Of a DNA stretch of 64,000 bases, positions 1 through 13,318 are shown piece by piece. The stretch spans positions 191,332,001 through 191,396,000 of the forward strand of contig NC_088791.1 in NCBI RefSeq assembly GCF_011386835.1. The letters are read 5' to 3'. How positions within the stretch are numbered: the stretch's first letter is position 1; every line of letters starts with the position of its first letter. The DNA comes from Chrysemys picta bellii. Its lineage: Eukaryota. The notes below the pieces were generated by a model that did not search any database, was not told where the DNA came from, and was given only the letters and a program-made list of their open reading frames with translations. The translations under genes were made by a program, and so were the position numbers.

Positions 1-2750
1 TCAGTGGTGGGCAGCATTAAAACTGACAAAAATCATGCCAATTTCATTCTGCAGCTTCTGGGTCTTGAGGGGCATATTTTGTTTCAAAAACACTGGGTGT
101 CTGTTTCTATAGTGGAAAATTTTATGGAATCTCCATCTTGTGGGAAACTTTTTGAAATGTCAAAAATTCCAGCAAACCAAACGTTCAGAATTTTGACCCA
201 CCTTATTTCTAAAAGCATCCGCACAGTATTGTTTTGCCCAAACTGTTCACTTTTACTCTGTGGGTTCTGTTTCCATTAAAGTTGTAATATTTGAGGATAA
301 GAAATAAAATTAAACTGAGAGCCATTATATTCATTTTAACTTTCTTCTTAGTTACACAGATATATCATGAGTGTTGTAGCATCTTGCAAATGACACTTGC
401 TACTGTTTATCACAATCTAAGTTATTTTGATACCTCTTTTAAAATCTAGCCCAGCCTGCTCTGCTGTGTGATTGCAGTTAAGGATTAATGTATATACTTG
501 TTTCAGTGACATACAGGTGTTTTCAGTCAAAAACCATTCTTTGCAGACTTTAAAAGGGAGTGGAAAATTAATGAATGACTATCACATTTATTTAAGTGTT
601 TTTAAACTGTAGGTGAGAAGTCACTAATGATATTGCAAAGTAATCTGCTCATTTTCTTTTCCATTGCTGCTTGCCAAATCGCTTCTGACTTGTCAGCGTT
701 CAGCTCTCATTTTTGCTGCTTTTATACACTTTCCAGTTCTGTTAAAATGCAAGGTCCAAATGTGAGAAAATTAAACACCTTACATGAAAGATTTATTTGG
801 AAAAAACTGTTAAATTCTGACAAAAGCAAAGATTAAGTGACCCAGTATATGAATAATACCTGGGAGAACACATGTTTCAGTCCTAAGTGATAAAGGATAA
901 ACCTGTAAGTGTATAAGAAATATAAACCTGGCTGGTCTGGTGCAAGTTTCAATGTTTCACTAAGACATGGAAAATATTAGTGTGTGTGTGTGTATGTGTA
1001 TATGTGTATATGTATACTCTTATAAAAGTTCAGAGTTCCCTGCCATAGAAGCGGAATAGTTTGTGATTATTTTTATATAGTTGAAGACTACAGTAGATTT
1101 TTCTTCATAAACTGGAAGTGGTTATTTAAAGATGTGCGACTAATTTTCAAGGGAAGAGACAATACTCAAATCTTTTGGATGAAGACATTCCCAGTTTGTA
1201 CAGCTAGCTAGTTAAAGAAACATTGACAAGATGATCAAACCCCAAAGTTAGGTGTTGTTCAAAGATGGTCATAATATAATTTCTGTTCATGTTAGTGCTG
1301 ACATTTTATTATTTTAAACACGCTGCATTCAATCATTGCTACCCAAACAATTCAAGCAGTTCTTTTCACCCAAATCATCAAATTTGTGCAAATTAATATT
1401 CCTCTTTCTAGGCTTGAAAGGATTAGATCTTATTGGTAAATGTTGATTTCACCATACGCACACCAACCACTGAAATAAATATTTCCATTGATGATCACAA
1501 TTTACAGATGAGCAAAGAAAGAAAAATGCTGCTTGGGAATTTGAGTTTAAAGTAAGGGAATTTACTTTATCAGCATCACATGTCAAAATATACAATTTGT
1601 GTTTTAACAGTTATAAAGCTTTAACTTTTTGAATCTGTCTACTGTCATTAAAAATTTTGACCTCCCCATAATTTCCCTCAAGTGGGAAAATTTAAATTGA
1701 TAAAAATTAAAAAAACCTTAAAAATAAATGTCAGTGTTATCAGTCAAAATGATTTTAAAATAAAAATAAAAATCTAATTCTGCCAAGCCTATCTGTTTCA
1801 GTGTCTGAATTCAGCTCTGAAGACACTGCTGAAAATATCCCATTTCTTGGAGAGAAAATAATCTTGAAAATGCTTCAGCAGTTCATATGGCAATGATATA
1901 CCTATCAATTTCAAACTGAAACATATACAGTGGAAAATAGTTGCCAATATTTGTAAGAACAATTCAGAAGTTAATTTTTAAAAAATTGTCACGAGTAGGT
2001 AAGAAATCTGACAAATTTATATAACAAAGCTGCTAATAACTTATTAATAAAAAATAAGGCCACCATCAAGATAAAGATTATTTATTTATGAAGAAAATCC
2101 TTTAGCCATTTACAGCAGTATTTAAGAAACAAGTCAGTCTCTTTCAACTCTTTATCACCTTTGGGAATATGACTAAAGTGGAGAGAGAATAAATGTTTGG
2201 AAAGCTCTGTGAGCCATACTTTAGATAACTGCCAGATAAATTGTAAATATTAAAAGCCTGAGCAGAGACTTCCAGCTTTTTGTGAAGTGTTCTTGCTGCC
2301 TGATTCACGTCTTAAATCAATATGTTGATTATGAATGAAGTAAGTAACAGTTCTCTCTATATATTGAATAATGACCATTCTAATATGGCATTTTACACAT
2401 TTGTGGCCCTACATATCAGAGACAATTTCATGTTTATACAACCTCGCTTATATAACTGTATTGAGACAAGGTTCTGTAACTTAATGAAAAATGCAATTAC
2501 TATAGCAAGGAATGGAGACTAAAGAATCTATGGTGTAGACAATAAAATGTCAGCATTATCACTTTGAGGGCTAAATCATGGCAACATGTAAAAATGTCTG
2601 ACCTGTTGCCAGGTTACTTGATTTTCAAAAATTTGGGTAATAATATTTAAGAAGGTTCTGGGTCCTTAGCAATGAGAAACGTGGAGCCATTTGTTGTGAT
2701 ACTGATATGTAGTACATTATTACATGCGATATATTTATTGATTGCTGTAG

Positions 2751-2875
2751 GAGCTGAGAGAGATGCATAACAAGCAGCAGCTTCAGAAGCAAAAGAACTT
2801 AGAAGTTGAGAGGTTGAAACAGAAGGAGCAAGAGAGGAAGACAGTAGAACTGGAAAAGCAAAAAGAAACCCAAAG
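2751..2875 (+). CDS. ITSN1: ITSN1 exon, coiled-coil region ([42 protein letters not shown])
   Basis: tgtag acceptor and AG|gtaac donor; 125 nt, phase 0 to 2; the translation resembles the human ITSN1 coiled-coil as recalled; joins in frame to the exon at 14024. Confidence 0.93.
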
Positions 2876-3660
2876 GTAACAGTTTTTTAGTTTATGCTAA
2901 ATACAAAATTTATTTAGAGCCATAGGTGTGCATAGTGTTTCACATACAAGTAAAATAAACTTTCTGTTCCTAAGAATTTAATCTAAACTCAGTTATTTAC
3001 TGAGCATCATCAGTATGTTGGCAGCTCTATGAAACAGGGAGAAAACTCAGGTCCTTAGCCAAGATTTTTGTTTCAGCCCAAAAGGAGACTGCACTTGAAA
3101 GGGGGAAAGCCTTGCATCATTGAATCCAAAGCCTAGTGTGGAGACAAACTCTTATGTATGTACAACCACACCCTTGCTTTTGGTTCCTAGAATTCTGAAC
3201 CAGCAGTAATGTATGCAGATGAGAATTTGGCAAAGAAACTAGGATGCTTGGTATGCTTTTTGTGTGTGTGTATGTGTTTGTTTAACAGAAATGCTTCTCC
3301 AGTGCACAGAATTTTTTTTTTTTTTTAATGACCATGCTGTTTGGGAGACTAGGGGAAAAGTCAAAAGGGTTTTATACGCTTCTATGCATTGAATTTTTCG
3401 GATGTGTGTAAGACAAAATGTGTAAGTTACAAAAAAGACTTAAATGCTGAACAAGAAATATTTTTGTTTTAAGAATCATTTTTTCCATATATATGGTATG
3501 AAGACTAGCTGGTAGCTTTCTTCCATAAGGGAGAAGTTTCATTAAAACACAGTAGAAAATTTTAATATGATACAGCTGTTGTAGCTGTTCGGATTTTGTT
3601 TTCAACATTCTTTTGAAACACGCAATGTGGGAGCATTAAATCCTTGATCTAAACAAAAGC

Positions 3661-3775
3661 TCTTGGTCAAGTGGTTAGAACAAAGGACTGGGAGCTGGCT
3701 AGAAAGGCCTTAAATTGTAATCTGGACCATCAGACTGTCTGAGCATCCTGGGGCAAGTCACTTAACTATGTTCCT
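3661..3775 (+). mobile_element. MIR/CORE-like tRNA-derived SINE fragment
   Basis: A-box-like caagtggttagaac followed by the CORE motif ctggggcaagtcacttaac. Confidence 0.55.
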
Positions 3776-3961
3776 TCTTCCCCACTCAAACCAATTTGAA
3801 AAATTTGGTGAAAAACAAGATCTTGCTGAAAACCATATTTGCAAACAAAAGGCTTTTGAAAAAATAGTTAAAATTGAAAGTGTGTTAATGGAGTCCAGTT
3901 AAAAGCCTCACATTATTTACATAATGTTCTACATCTCTTTAAAAATCTCTAACATTAGTAA

Positions 3962-4300
3962 TAGAGCTGGTTGAAATTTTTCCAACAGAAAAGTTTTCTG
4001 TCAGAAAATGTTGATTCAATGGAATAGACACATTTTGCCTAGTGTGCCTGGTTTCTTGCCAACCCAGGCGTCCTGCTTCCCTGGCAGCCAGTCTGGCTCA
4101 GAACTTGGGAATTGTGGTCCCAGACTTTGGAGCCTGGAATGCTGGGACCAGAAAATGTTGAAAATTTCCATGTTGGTTCTTCTGACATTTTTGTTTTTTA
4201 AATGTCCCTCCCAAGAAAATATTGCATATCCAACTTTTTCTGATTCAGAAAGAAACATTTTTTTGGAAATGCAAAATTTCCCAGACGATGGAAATTTTAG
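3962..4300. mobile_element. Degenerate non-autonomous DNA transposon (TAGAGCTGG-terminus family)
   Basis: Left end tagagctggttgaaat resembles the TIR at 28355; right end not resolved. Confidence 0.35.
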
Positions 4301-6134
4301 GCCCCATGCAATTCTAATGGGTATGTCTGGAGGCAAACAGTTTAGGCTTCCATCTGATTCCCCACAGTTATATAATCATTAATCATTCGCTTGCGCCACC
4401 TGGCTTTTACCACCACCTTAACATTGCCCCCTAAAGTTTTCAAAAAGGTCAAAATAACAAGTAAATAGAAAATGACTGATTCGTCTCTTGGATAATATTT
4501 TAAACCTCCCAGTTTAATCTCCTGCTGCCTTTCAATGGAAGAGAAAAGATGACAACAGTATACAAGTGAGAGAAAAGAATGGCATGTAAATAGGTAGAAT
4601 GGGCTAGAGAATAGGTGAGAAAAGTAAATAAATGGGAGAAAGAAATAAGCTACGAGAGACATCTACACACCGTAGGGCAGTGGGAGTGTTCGCTGCTCTT
4701 ATTGTAGTTAGCTGGAGACAGCCTACATCTTTGTACTGTTGTGGGAAAGGGATGGGGTTTTGAGTAGTTTGTTAAATTGCAGTTTACTCCGCATTTATAC
4801 TTAAATCAGAGAAAGAATAACTTAAAATTCATCAGCATGTGCACCTAACCTTTGGATGAATGAGGGCCTGGCAGCCACAACCCCAAGTTTATGTTAACTT
4901 GTTTTGACTTTATTTGAAATGATAACTATGCACTGAGCATAGCACAAATAACTCTGTTCTGTTGCTTTGGCAGAGCAGTCTGGGACAGTACCTGCAAGGT
5001 GAGAGGGTCCCAGAGCTTGGGAACTCCGAGGTCTACACAGCAATGGAACAGCCCTGCAGCCTGAGCCCTGTGAGCCCGAGTCAGCTGGCATGGGCCAGTC
5101 ACGGGTTTTTCTTTGCTGTGTGGACACAGCCTTAGGGGATTGTGCAGGAGAAGAAAAGTATTTGAGTAATATGACCAGAACTGGCTGTAGCCTTTGGGAC
5201 AAGAACCTTCCTAAAGTGCAGACATGGTGTTGGAGAGAAAAGAGAAAATAGCTAAAGTCTGTTTCCACTTGTTAATTCCTGATTTAAGGGCCAAATCCCA
5301 GAGTAACCAGGCTGCGCACTAGAAAAATCTGTGAGGATAGGGTAACGGTAGAATCATTTTTCCATAGGCAACAGAGCTCCAACAGCTCCTATGCTTCTAT
5401 GCAAGGTCTATGTCTGTGTCAAACTCTCTTGCACGTTTGGCTGCAGGAAGCATCTTCTCAATCTCTTCATATCCCTTCCGCCTTGTCTTCCCACATGGAG
5501 CAGAAGTGCATTGTTTCTGCTAACAGTTAGACCTTTAATGCCCACCGGGAGGGGGGTGTGTGAATAATGCAGCTCCTCTATAAAGCCATTATCCTCTGTG
5601 GGTCCCATCCCCATCAGTTATATCAAACTTGATTTTGAGCGGTGAGTGTTAACCACTGTACTAAAAACCATAATTAAAAACTCAACTTTCCAGCTAAAGC
5701 AGTATTTACTATCCATGATTACAATACAAGCCATATAGAACCCTCTTTGAACAAATTAAGCACACTTAACACCATTAAATGCTGCATCATGGTGTCTAGA
5801 GAAGATTTCCCCTGAATGTTTTTATATAGTGCAGTCTAATAGTATTACAACAAGACTGCTGAATAATAGACTCTAAATGTATTGCAAGAGCACTCACTAA
5901 TGAAGACGCACAGACTAATGTTTGAAACAAATGGCTGAAAGGGCTGCAGCTTTACTATGTGAAGTTAAATGACATAACTGGAAGTCAGAAAGCCCTGGCA
6001 GTATTTGTAAGCTGGAGAAACAGTATTCCTTTTACTATCATTGGCCTTGCACCTTACTCCTAACTATGTATGGATGCTGGTATTACATAACTCTTCTGCT
6101 ATCCCAAGCAGTCTAATACTACTACCTCCCTGGC

Positions 6135-6477
6135 CACTCGATTACAGACCTAAAAGTCGCAATATTACAACCAAAAAACCTTCAAAAACAGACTCCAACA
6201 AGAGACTGCTGAATTGGAATTAATTTGCAAATTGGACACCATTAAATTAGGCTTGAATAAAGACTGGGAGTGGATGGGCCATTACACAAAGGAAAACTAT
6301 TTCCCCAGGCTTATTTCCCACCCCCCACCCCAGTTCCTCGTATCTCCTTGTCAATTGCTGGAAATGGGTCATTTTCATTACCATTACAAACAGTTTTTTC
6401 TCTCCTGCTGATAAAAGCTCACCTTAACTGATCACTCTCCTTATAGTGTGTATGGTAACACCCATTGTTTCATGTTC

Positions 6478-6509
<32 letters not shown>

Positions 6510-6631
6510 GATAGATAGATCTTCCTACTGTATTTTCCACTACATGCATCCGATGAAGTGGGCTGTAGCCCACGAAAGCTTATGCTCAAATAAATTTGTT
6601 AGTCTCTAAGGTGCCACAAGTACTCCTGTTT
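6135..6631 (+). mobile_element. Penelope-like element, 3' fragment (GIY-YIG C-terminus plus tail)
   Basis: Frameshifted SITDLKVAILQ..., AELELICKLDTIKLGLNKDWEWMGHYTK; tail gatgaagtgggctgtagcccacgaaagcttatgc...taaggtgccacaag. Confidence 0.8.
6546..6585 (+). ncRNA. Minimal type-I hammerhead ribozyme-like motif (Penelope-associated)
   Basis: Stem I GCAT/ATGC; core CCGATGA; stem II GTGGGC-TGTA-GCCCAC; GAAA; palindromic AGCT in place of stem III. Confidence 0.6.
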
Positions 6632-6730
6632 TTTTCTGAATGTTCTGTGATCTAGGCTGCCTAGTGCTGTGCAGGAAAAGCGTGTTAAGAGAGAGATGCA
6701 GTTTTAAAGGCACAGAGCCAGCCTCTTATA

Positions 6731-6853
6731 TAGGGTTGCCAATTTTGGTTAGACGTATTCCTGAAGGTTTCATCACATGACGTAATCTTTAATTAAAGAT
6801 TAATCTTTAATTCCTGGGGAATCCAGGAGAATCCTGCAGGGTTGGCAGATTTA
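6731..6853. mobile_element. hAT MITE
   Basis: Left TIR tagggttgccaa, degenerate right TIR ttggcagattta; 8-bp TSD ctcttata/ctcttgta (7/8). Confidence 0.65.
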
Positions 6854-7851
6854 CTCTTGTAAAAAAGAACTGTTTACAGGAAATGCAGTATTTATCATAT
6901 CCAAAAGGCTTGTTCAGTTGGCCAGTCTTGTTTAGGTATAAGTATTTTGAAATACAAAAATATAGCCTTACATTTCCTGAGCAGACATACGATGGCTTAC
7001 TTTTCAGTATTGTCACTTTAAAACCTGGTGCCTAAATTTAAGCTCTAAAACTTCAAGGGTTTTTATATCTTCAAATGAACGATGTGAATTTTTTCTACAG
7101 TTTATCACTCTTAGAATGATTTTCTGTGGATTGTATTAATAGAACTGCGTAAAACTATAAGAAATAACGAATAAAATATTGATGAATTTGCAACATTGGG
7201 AGCTTAAACTCAAAATAGTCAGGGAATGCGAAACATGATTCTCCTAGTAATACCAGCTCAGCACAGATTACATGTTAACATATCCATTTAAATCTACCTA
7301 GTAATCAGAAATGAGTAACTTCATGGTAATGACTGTGACTATAAATTTTTAAAGAAATATCTTAGCCCAGTTTGAGAGGGTGAACACCAGCAGTTCTAGA
7401 TCTCCAAGATTTCTGCAAGACCAAGGTGTTAATTTCCCCCCCCCCCCCCTCTGCTTGCAGACAACTCCAGCACAAAATTAGTGAACCATTTACCATTCAG
7501 GAGTCCTTGGTACTCTCATTATTCTTCGAGTGATTGCTCATGTGTATTCCACAGTAGGTGTGTGTGTGCTTGCCACGTACACCAATGCTGGAAGTTTTTC
7601 CCCTAGCAGTACCCATAGGGGAGTGCCCCTAGCGACCCCTAGAGTGGTGCCTCTATGGCACGGTATAAGGGGCACTCACGCTCTTCCCACCCTCAGTTCC
7701 TTCTTGCCGCCAGTGAAGGTGCATTGGAACTGCTCTGCTCCAGCTTGTCTGCAGATTTCCTCTAGAACTCTTGTTCATTCGTAGTAGTAGTACCTGTAGT
7801 TGAAGTAGTTTAGATTAGTATTAGTTTAGTTTAGTGAGCCCGGGTCGGGGC

Positions 7852-10206
7852 GTGCCCTGTGCCCCGGGCTTTTAAGTCGTGCAACACTTGCAGGCAGTTG
7901 ATGCCAGTGGGTGACCCGCATGCAGACTGTTTACGCTGCCTGCGGGAAACCCATCTCAGCAATCGCTGCAAGATTTGCAGATCTTTCAAGCCTTGGACCA
8001 AGAAAGAAAGAGACATTCGGCTCCAAGACATTCTGATGAAGTCGGCGTTGACCCAGACTCCAGTGCGCTGCTCCGAGTCGGCATCAGTGCATAGTGACCC
8101 TTCGGTGCCTTCCACCAGTTGGCACCGCTCCCCGTCTGCGGGGCACGCCAAGAAGGCTAAGTAGAGGTCTTCTCCGCTGAGGCACTGGAGCAAGACCGGG
8201 AAAGAGACTAGACCCACGTTGGGCAGTTCTCGGTCCCCGTCAGCCTCCAGGCCTCCGACTCAGGTTGAGCAGAGTAGCCCGGCCTAGTCAGCGCAAGTTT
8301 CCCTGGATGTCTGGGTGCCCTTCATGTCGGAGGTCCAGCAAGCAACCTGGGACGTTATGTCTCTGCCGGTACCAGGGGCACTGCCACCATTGGCTCCCCG
8401 GTCCAGAGGCAAGCCATTGCTTGGATCGCCGCAGTCGCCTTCTGGTCGGTACCGTTCGTGGTCGAGGGAATGTTCCCAAAATCGTTCACCGCTCAGCGAC
8501 CGTCCAAGCGTAGTCCACGCCCGTCACCGTCGACCCCCACCAGGTTGTCTAGCTGGGTTCCAGCTGACGGGTTCCAGGTACCACTCCACCTCAAGGGACC
8601 ATAGACCTTGTGAAGGAAGCGGGCCCCGTTGAGAATGAGACAGATGGCACCGGAGGTCCTCGTCTCCGAGAGGCTACCATAGCCCATTGCGAGACAGGCG
8701 TCGACGCCGTTCCCGTTCGTCGTCTCGCTCCAGGACCCTGCTGCGGCACCACTCCCGCAGTCCCAGACGTCGATCGCTGGCGCCTCGTCATCCCAGAGCC
8801 ACCCTCTGGAGCTGATCATGGAGCAGCTGCTATCAGTGGTACAGTTCCTTCACGTCAGGATCACGGTCTTGTGATAGGCACCATCCTGGACGCCACCACT
8901 CCTCCCGGTGCAGTGACAGTGGCAGATCATATGCCAGCCCGGCCTCCCTTCATAGCTGTCAGTCGATGGGACAGGCTAGTCAGGCTAAACAGGTGCCGTG
9001 GCACCGGGCTCCTTGGCCGGCACCATGGTACCAATGGGCCCCGTGGCCCCTGACTCAGCCCCCGGTGGGGGCTCGCTCAGTGGCTAGAGCCTCAGAAAGA
9101 CTGTCGGCCTCCCTTTCCCAGCCTCCCAGAAAGGAGTTGGTGGGACGTGCATCTTTGGTTCCATGCCCGGAGGGCGACCAAGTGGTAGGACCTCCGGTAC
9201 CGGTGCGTACGCAGACTACCGTGCCTGCATCCTCACCCTCCCATGATGAGGCTATTACGGCCCCTCCTCCCTCTGTTCCGCAGGAGGACTCTAAAGCCCA
9301 CCAGGAACTATTGAAAAGGGTGGCATCAAGCCTCAACCTTCAGGCCGAGCAGGTGGAGGAACCCTCGGCTTCCCTCTTCAACGTCCTGTCAGCCTTGGTA
9401 CCGTGCAGGGTTGTCTTTCCACTCCACGAAGGCGTGGCAAAAATTTCAAATGTCTTGTGGCAAACCCCGGCTTCCTTGCCCCACATCTCTAAGAGGGCAG
9501 AATGAAAGTACTTTGTGCCCACCAAGGGGCATGAATACCTGTACCCCGCCCTGCCCCCAACTCCCTGGTGGTCGAGTCGATCAACCATAGGGAGAGGCAG
9601 GGCCAACCAGCCCCTACTACGAAAAATAAAGACTCAAGGAGGCTGGACTTATTTGGGAGAGAGGTTTATTTGTCCTCGAGTTGCCAGTTAAGGGTGGTGA
9701 ACCACCAGGCTCTCCTGGGCCGGCATGAGTTCAATCTGCGGGGCTCTCTACCCAAATTCGAGCACTCCCTCCAAGAGCGTGACAAGGAGGAGTTCAAAGC
9801 GCTGGTGGAGGAGGGCACAGCGGCGGGCAGGGCAGCGTCGGATGCTGCGGATACAGCTGCAATGTCCATGAGAAGGGCGTCGTGGCTCCTGCTGTCCAGT
9901 GAGGCGCAGAACTCCCTGCAGGACCTCCCGTTCGATGGCAAGTCCCTGTTTGCGGAACAGACGGACGTGAAGCTGCACAGCCTGAAAGATTCCCACACTA
10001 CGCTTAAGACACTTGGCCTCTGTGTCCCGGCTCCAGCCAGGCCCAAGTTTAAGCCGCAGCAGGCTCCCACCCAGGCCACCCACTCTAAATACGAGCCCCC
10101 TTATAAAAAGTCATGGGACTATAAGAAACGCCCGCAGAGGCAGTCCCCGTCTGTCCCCAATCCTGGATCCTCCAAGGGTAAACAGGCGGGGAAATGTCAG
10201 TTTTGA
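7852..10206 (+). pseudogene. DIRS gag-like ORF1 remnant (N-terminal Cys/His finger; LAP2alpha-like C-terminal region)
   Basis: FKSCNTCRQLMPVGDPHADCLRCL...CKIC, LWQTPASLP and LDLFGREVYLSSSCQLRVVNHQALL; several stops and frameshifts. Confidence 0.8.
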
Positions 10207-11770
10207 CGGGACGCCTGGGAGCAACCTACCAGTTCACACCAGGGATCCACCCGCAATAAAGCTTCCCTTCTCCAATCGGTTGTGTGCTTTTCTCCCAGAG
10301 TAGTCGTGGCTGATTTCGGACTGTTGTGTCCTCAATACCATCTCCCGGGGCTACACCTTCCAGTTTACCTCTACCCTGCCCAACCACCCTCCGCCCCCTG
10401 TCCCTCCTGGGAGATCCCTCTCACGAGGCTCTGCTAGAGCAGGAGCTGGGGTGGCTCCTTGGCTTAGGAGCGGTGGAAGTGGTGCCAGTGGAGTTCAAAC
10501 GCAAGGGGTACTACTCCTGCTATTTCCTTATCCCGAAGGCCAAAGGGGGGCTCAGGCCCATCTTGGATCTGCGAGGCCTGAACTAGTACATGGTAAAGCT
10601 CAAGTTTTGCATGGTCTCTCTGACCTCCATCATTCCTTCCCTGGATCATGGGGACTGGTACACCACCCTCGATCTGCAGGACGCTTACTTCCACATTCAT
10701 ATATTCGAGGGGCACAGGTTCTTCCTCCGTTTCACGGTTGAGCGGGAGCACTACCAATTTATGGTCCTCCCGTTTGGCCTGTGCACTGCTCCCAGGGTAT
10801 TCACAAAGTGCATGTCTGTGGTGGTGGCCTACCTCAGATGTTGTGGGGTCCAAATCTTCCCCTATCTGGATGACTGGCTGGTCAAGGGCAGCTCCCGGTC
10901 GCAGGTGTGGGATCACGTGGCATTTCTCCTGTCACGTGTGCCACCCTGGGCCTGTGGGTGAACGACACCAAGTTCACGTTAGTCCCGGTACAGTGCATAG
11001 AATTTATCAGGGGCAGTCCTGGATGTGACATTAACCAGGGCCTACCTCCTACCAGACAGATTCGAGACCCTGAAAGGGCTCATCGACACAGTCACAAAGT
11101 TTCCTGTGACGACAGCCAGAGTGTATCTCCAGTTCCTGGGTCACATGTCGGCATGCACATATGTGGTTCGCCATGCCAGACCCAGGATGAAGCCCCTCTA
11201 GCTCTTGTTGGCCTCGGTGTTCTCCCAGGCCAGAGACAGGATGGACAAGGTCCTCACTGTGCCCGGGCCGGTGATCACCTCCGTACAATGGTAGTCCTCC
11301 CCGGTGAACATGCTCCACGGGGTCTCATTCAGGGGCAGGTCCCCGTCGGTGGAGCTGGTGTCCAACGCCTCGGACCTGGGGTGGGGAGCCCATGTGGGGG
11401 ACGTTCAAACCCAAGGTCTGTGGTCCACACAGGATCTTGCCCTGCATATAAATGTCAAGGAGCTCAGGGCAGTCCAGCTGGCATGCGTGGCCTTCCGCTC
11501 GCACCTGGAAGGCAGAGTGGTCAGGGTTCTCATGGACAACACTGCCACAATGTTTTACATCAACAGGCAAGGTGGGGCCCGCTCCTCTGCCCTCTGCCAG
11601 GAAGCCCTCAGGCTGTGGGACTTCTGTATAAGTCACGACATTTGCCTACAGGCCTACCACCTATCGGGCGCCCGGAACTCGTGGGCGGATTGCCTGAGCC
11701 GAAACTTCTCCTCTCCTCACGAGTGTTCTCTACATCCACAGGTGGTGCTCAGACTTTTACAAGCGTGGGG
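10207..11770 (+). pseudogene. DIRS reverse transcriptase / RNase H remnant
   Basis: GLRPILDLRGLN, LDLQDAYFH, LPFGL, YLDDW; RNase H SNASDLGWGAH, INVKELRAV, MDNTATM, ADCLSR. Confidence 0.92.
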
Positions 11771-12150
11771 AACTCCCCAGGTGGACTTGTTCGCGACCGG
11801 TAGAACCGCTGGTGTCCCAGGTTCTGCTCCAGGGGGAGGCAGGGAGACACGCAGGTTGTATCTCTGTTGCCTTCCTCCTATCCTGGTCAGGCCAGCTTCT
11901 CTATGCCTTTCCCTCCTGCGAGCCCGCTGATCGGCAAGGTTCTGGAGAAGATAAAGACGGACGGAACCAGGGTCCTCTTGATTGCCCCGGTGTGGCCCAG
12001 GCAACATTGGTACAAGACCCTCATGAGCCTGGTGGTCATCCCACTGTGGCCATTGCCATCCCGCCCGGACCTGCTCTTCCAGGACCAGGGCCCCCTCCTC
12101 CACCCCAATCTAGCGGCACTCCACCTCACGGCGTGGCTGCTCAATGGTTA
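11771..12150 (+). pseudogene. DIRS N6-adenine methyltransferase-like (MT) domain remnant
   Basis: PQVDLFAT...W..LLYAFP(P)..LIGKVLEKIK...LLIAPVWPRQHWY, split over frames; position between RNase H and YR matches the DIRS1 MT domain. Confidence 0.65.
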
Positions 12151-12199
12151 GGCTGGGAGGAAAGGACGTGCTCGGAAGGGGTTCAGCGCGTCCTCTTGG

Positions 12200-13182
12200 A
12201 AAGCAGGTGACCCTCCACACGTCGAGCCTACTTGGCAAAGTGGTCTCGGTTTTCCCGATGGGCGGCTGAGCAGGGTGTTTCCCCTGTGGCTGCCCCGATC
12301 CAGCTCATTTTAGACTATCTCCTTCACCTTAGAGCCCCCAAGGCCTGGCACCCTCATCCATCAAGGTGCACTTGGCCATATTGGCCTATCACCCGCCAGT
12401 GCAGGGGCACACAGTATTCTCCCATGCTATGATTAGCCGATTCCTTACGGATTGGACCGTCTCTTCCCGTATGTTAGGCCCCAAGTTCCGCAGTGGGACC
12501 TGAACTGGGTGATGTCCTGGTTGACGGGTCCCCCCTTTGAGCCGTTAGCTACATGCTCTTGGTCACAGCTCTCGTGGAAAGTAGCCTTCCTGGTGGCGAT
12601 CACATCAGCTAGACAGGTCTCGGAACTCAGGGCCCTGACCTCCGAGCCGCCGTACATGGTGTTCCATAAAGATAAGGTCCAGCTCCGCCCACATCCTTCG
12701 TTCCTCCCGAAGGTGGTCTCCACCTACCAGATGGGTGAGGATATTTTCCTGCTGGTCCTCTGCCCCAAGTCCATGCGTCCAGTGAGGAGCGCTGCCTCTA
12801 CACGCTGGATGTGAGACAGGCTCTGGTCTTTTACCTGGAACGGACTAAGCCGTTCAGAAAGTCTTCGCAGCTGTTCATCGCCTCGGCCGAATGCATGAGG
12901 GGTCGGCTGATATCCACTCAGCAGCTCTCCAACTGGATCACCTCGTGCATCCATACCTGTTGCTACTTGGCAGGAATTCCCCCGCCGTCAATTGTGAGGG
13001 GACACTCGACTAAGACGTAGGTCCCGTCGGCTGCCTTTTTAGCCCATGTCCCCATTCAGGACATTTGCAGGACTGCCACATGGTCTTCAGTTCACACATT
13101 CACCTCGCATTATGTGATCATCTCCCAGACCAGGGAAGACACTAGGTTCGGCAGGGCTGTGCTCCGTCCCGAGAGTTTGTGA
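12200..13182 (+). pseudogene. DIRS tyrosine recombinase remnant
   Basis: WKVAFLVAITSARQVSEL, RPHPSFLPKV, VRGHST and F..HY before the stop at 13180-13182. Confidence 0.9.
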
Positions 13183-13217
13183 ACACCTACCCACCTCCAA
13201 CAGATATAGCTTGGAAT

Positions 13218-13318
13218 CACCTACTGTGGAATACACATGAGCAATCACTTGAAGAAAAGACAGTTACCTTTTCTGTAACTGATGTTCTTCGAGATGTGTT
13301 GCTCATGTCTATTCCACA
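13218..13318 (+). repeat. DIRS internal complementary region (ICR)
   Basis: 13218-13256 is the reverse complement of 7522-7560 with 1 mismatch; about 13255-13318 is the reverse complement of about 13503-13566 with a few mismatches. Confidence 0.9.

Noticed and set aside
6478-6520. (TG)n/(TAGA)n microsatellite and other simple repeats (980-1010, 53755-53773, 60342-60362)
   Set aside because: Ordinary simple repeats.
7831-12954. Many long overlapping ORFs on both strands
   Set aside because: These are fragments or antisense shadows of the GC-rich DIRS genes, not independent genes.
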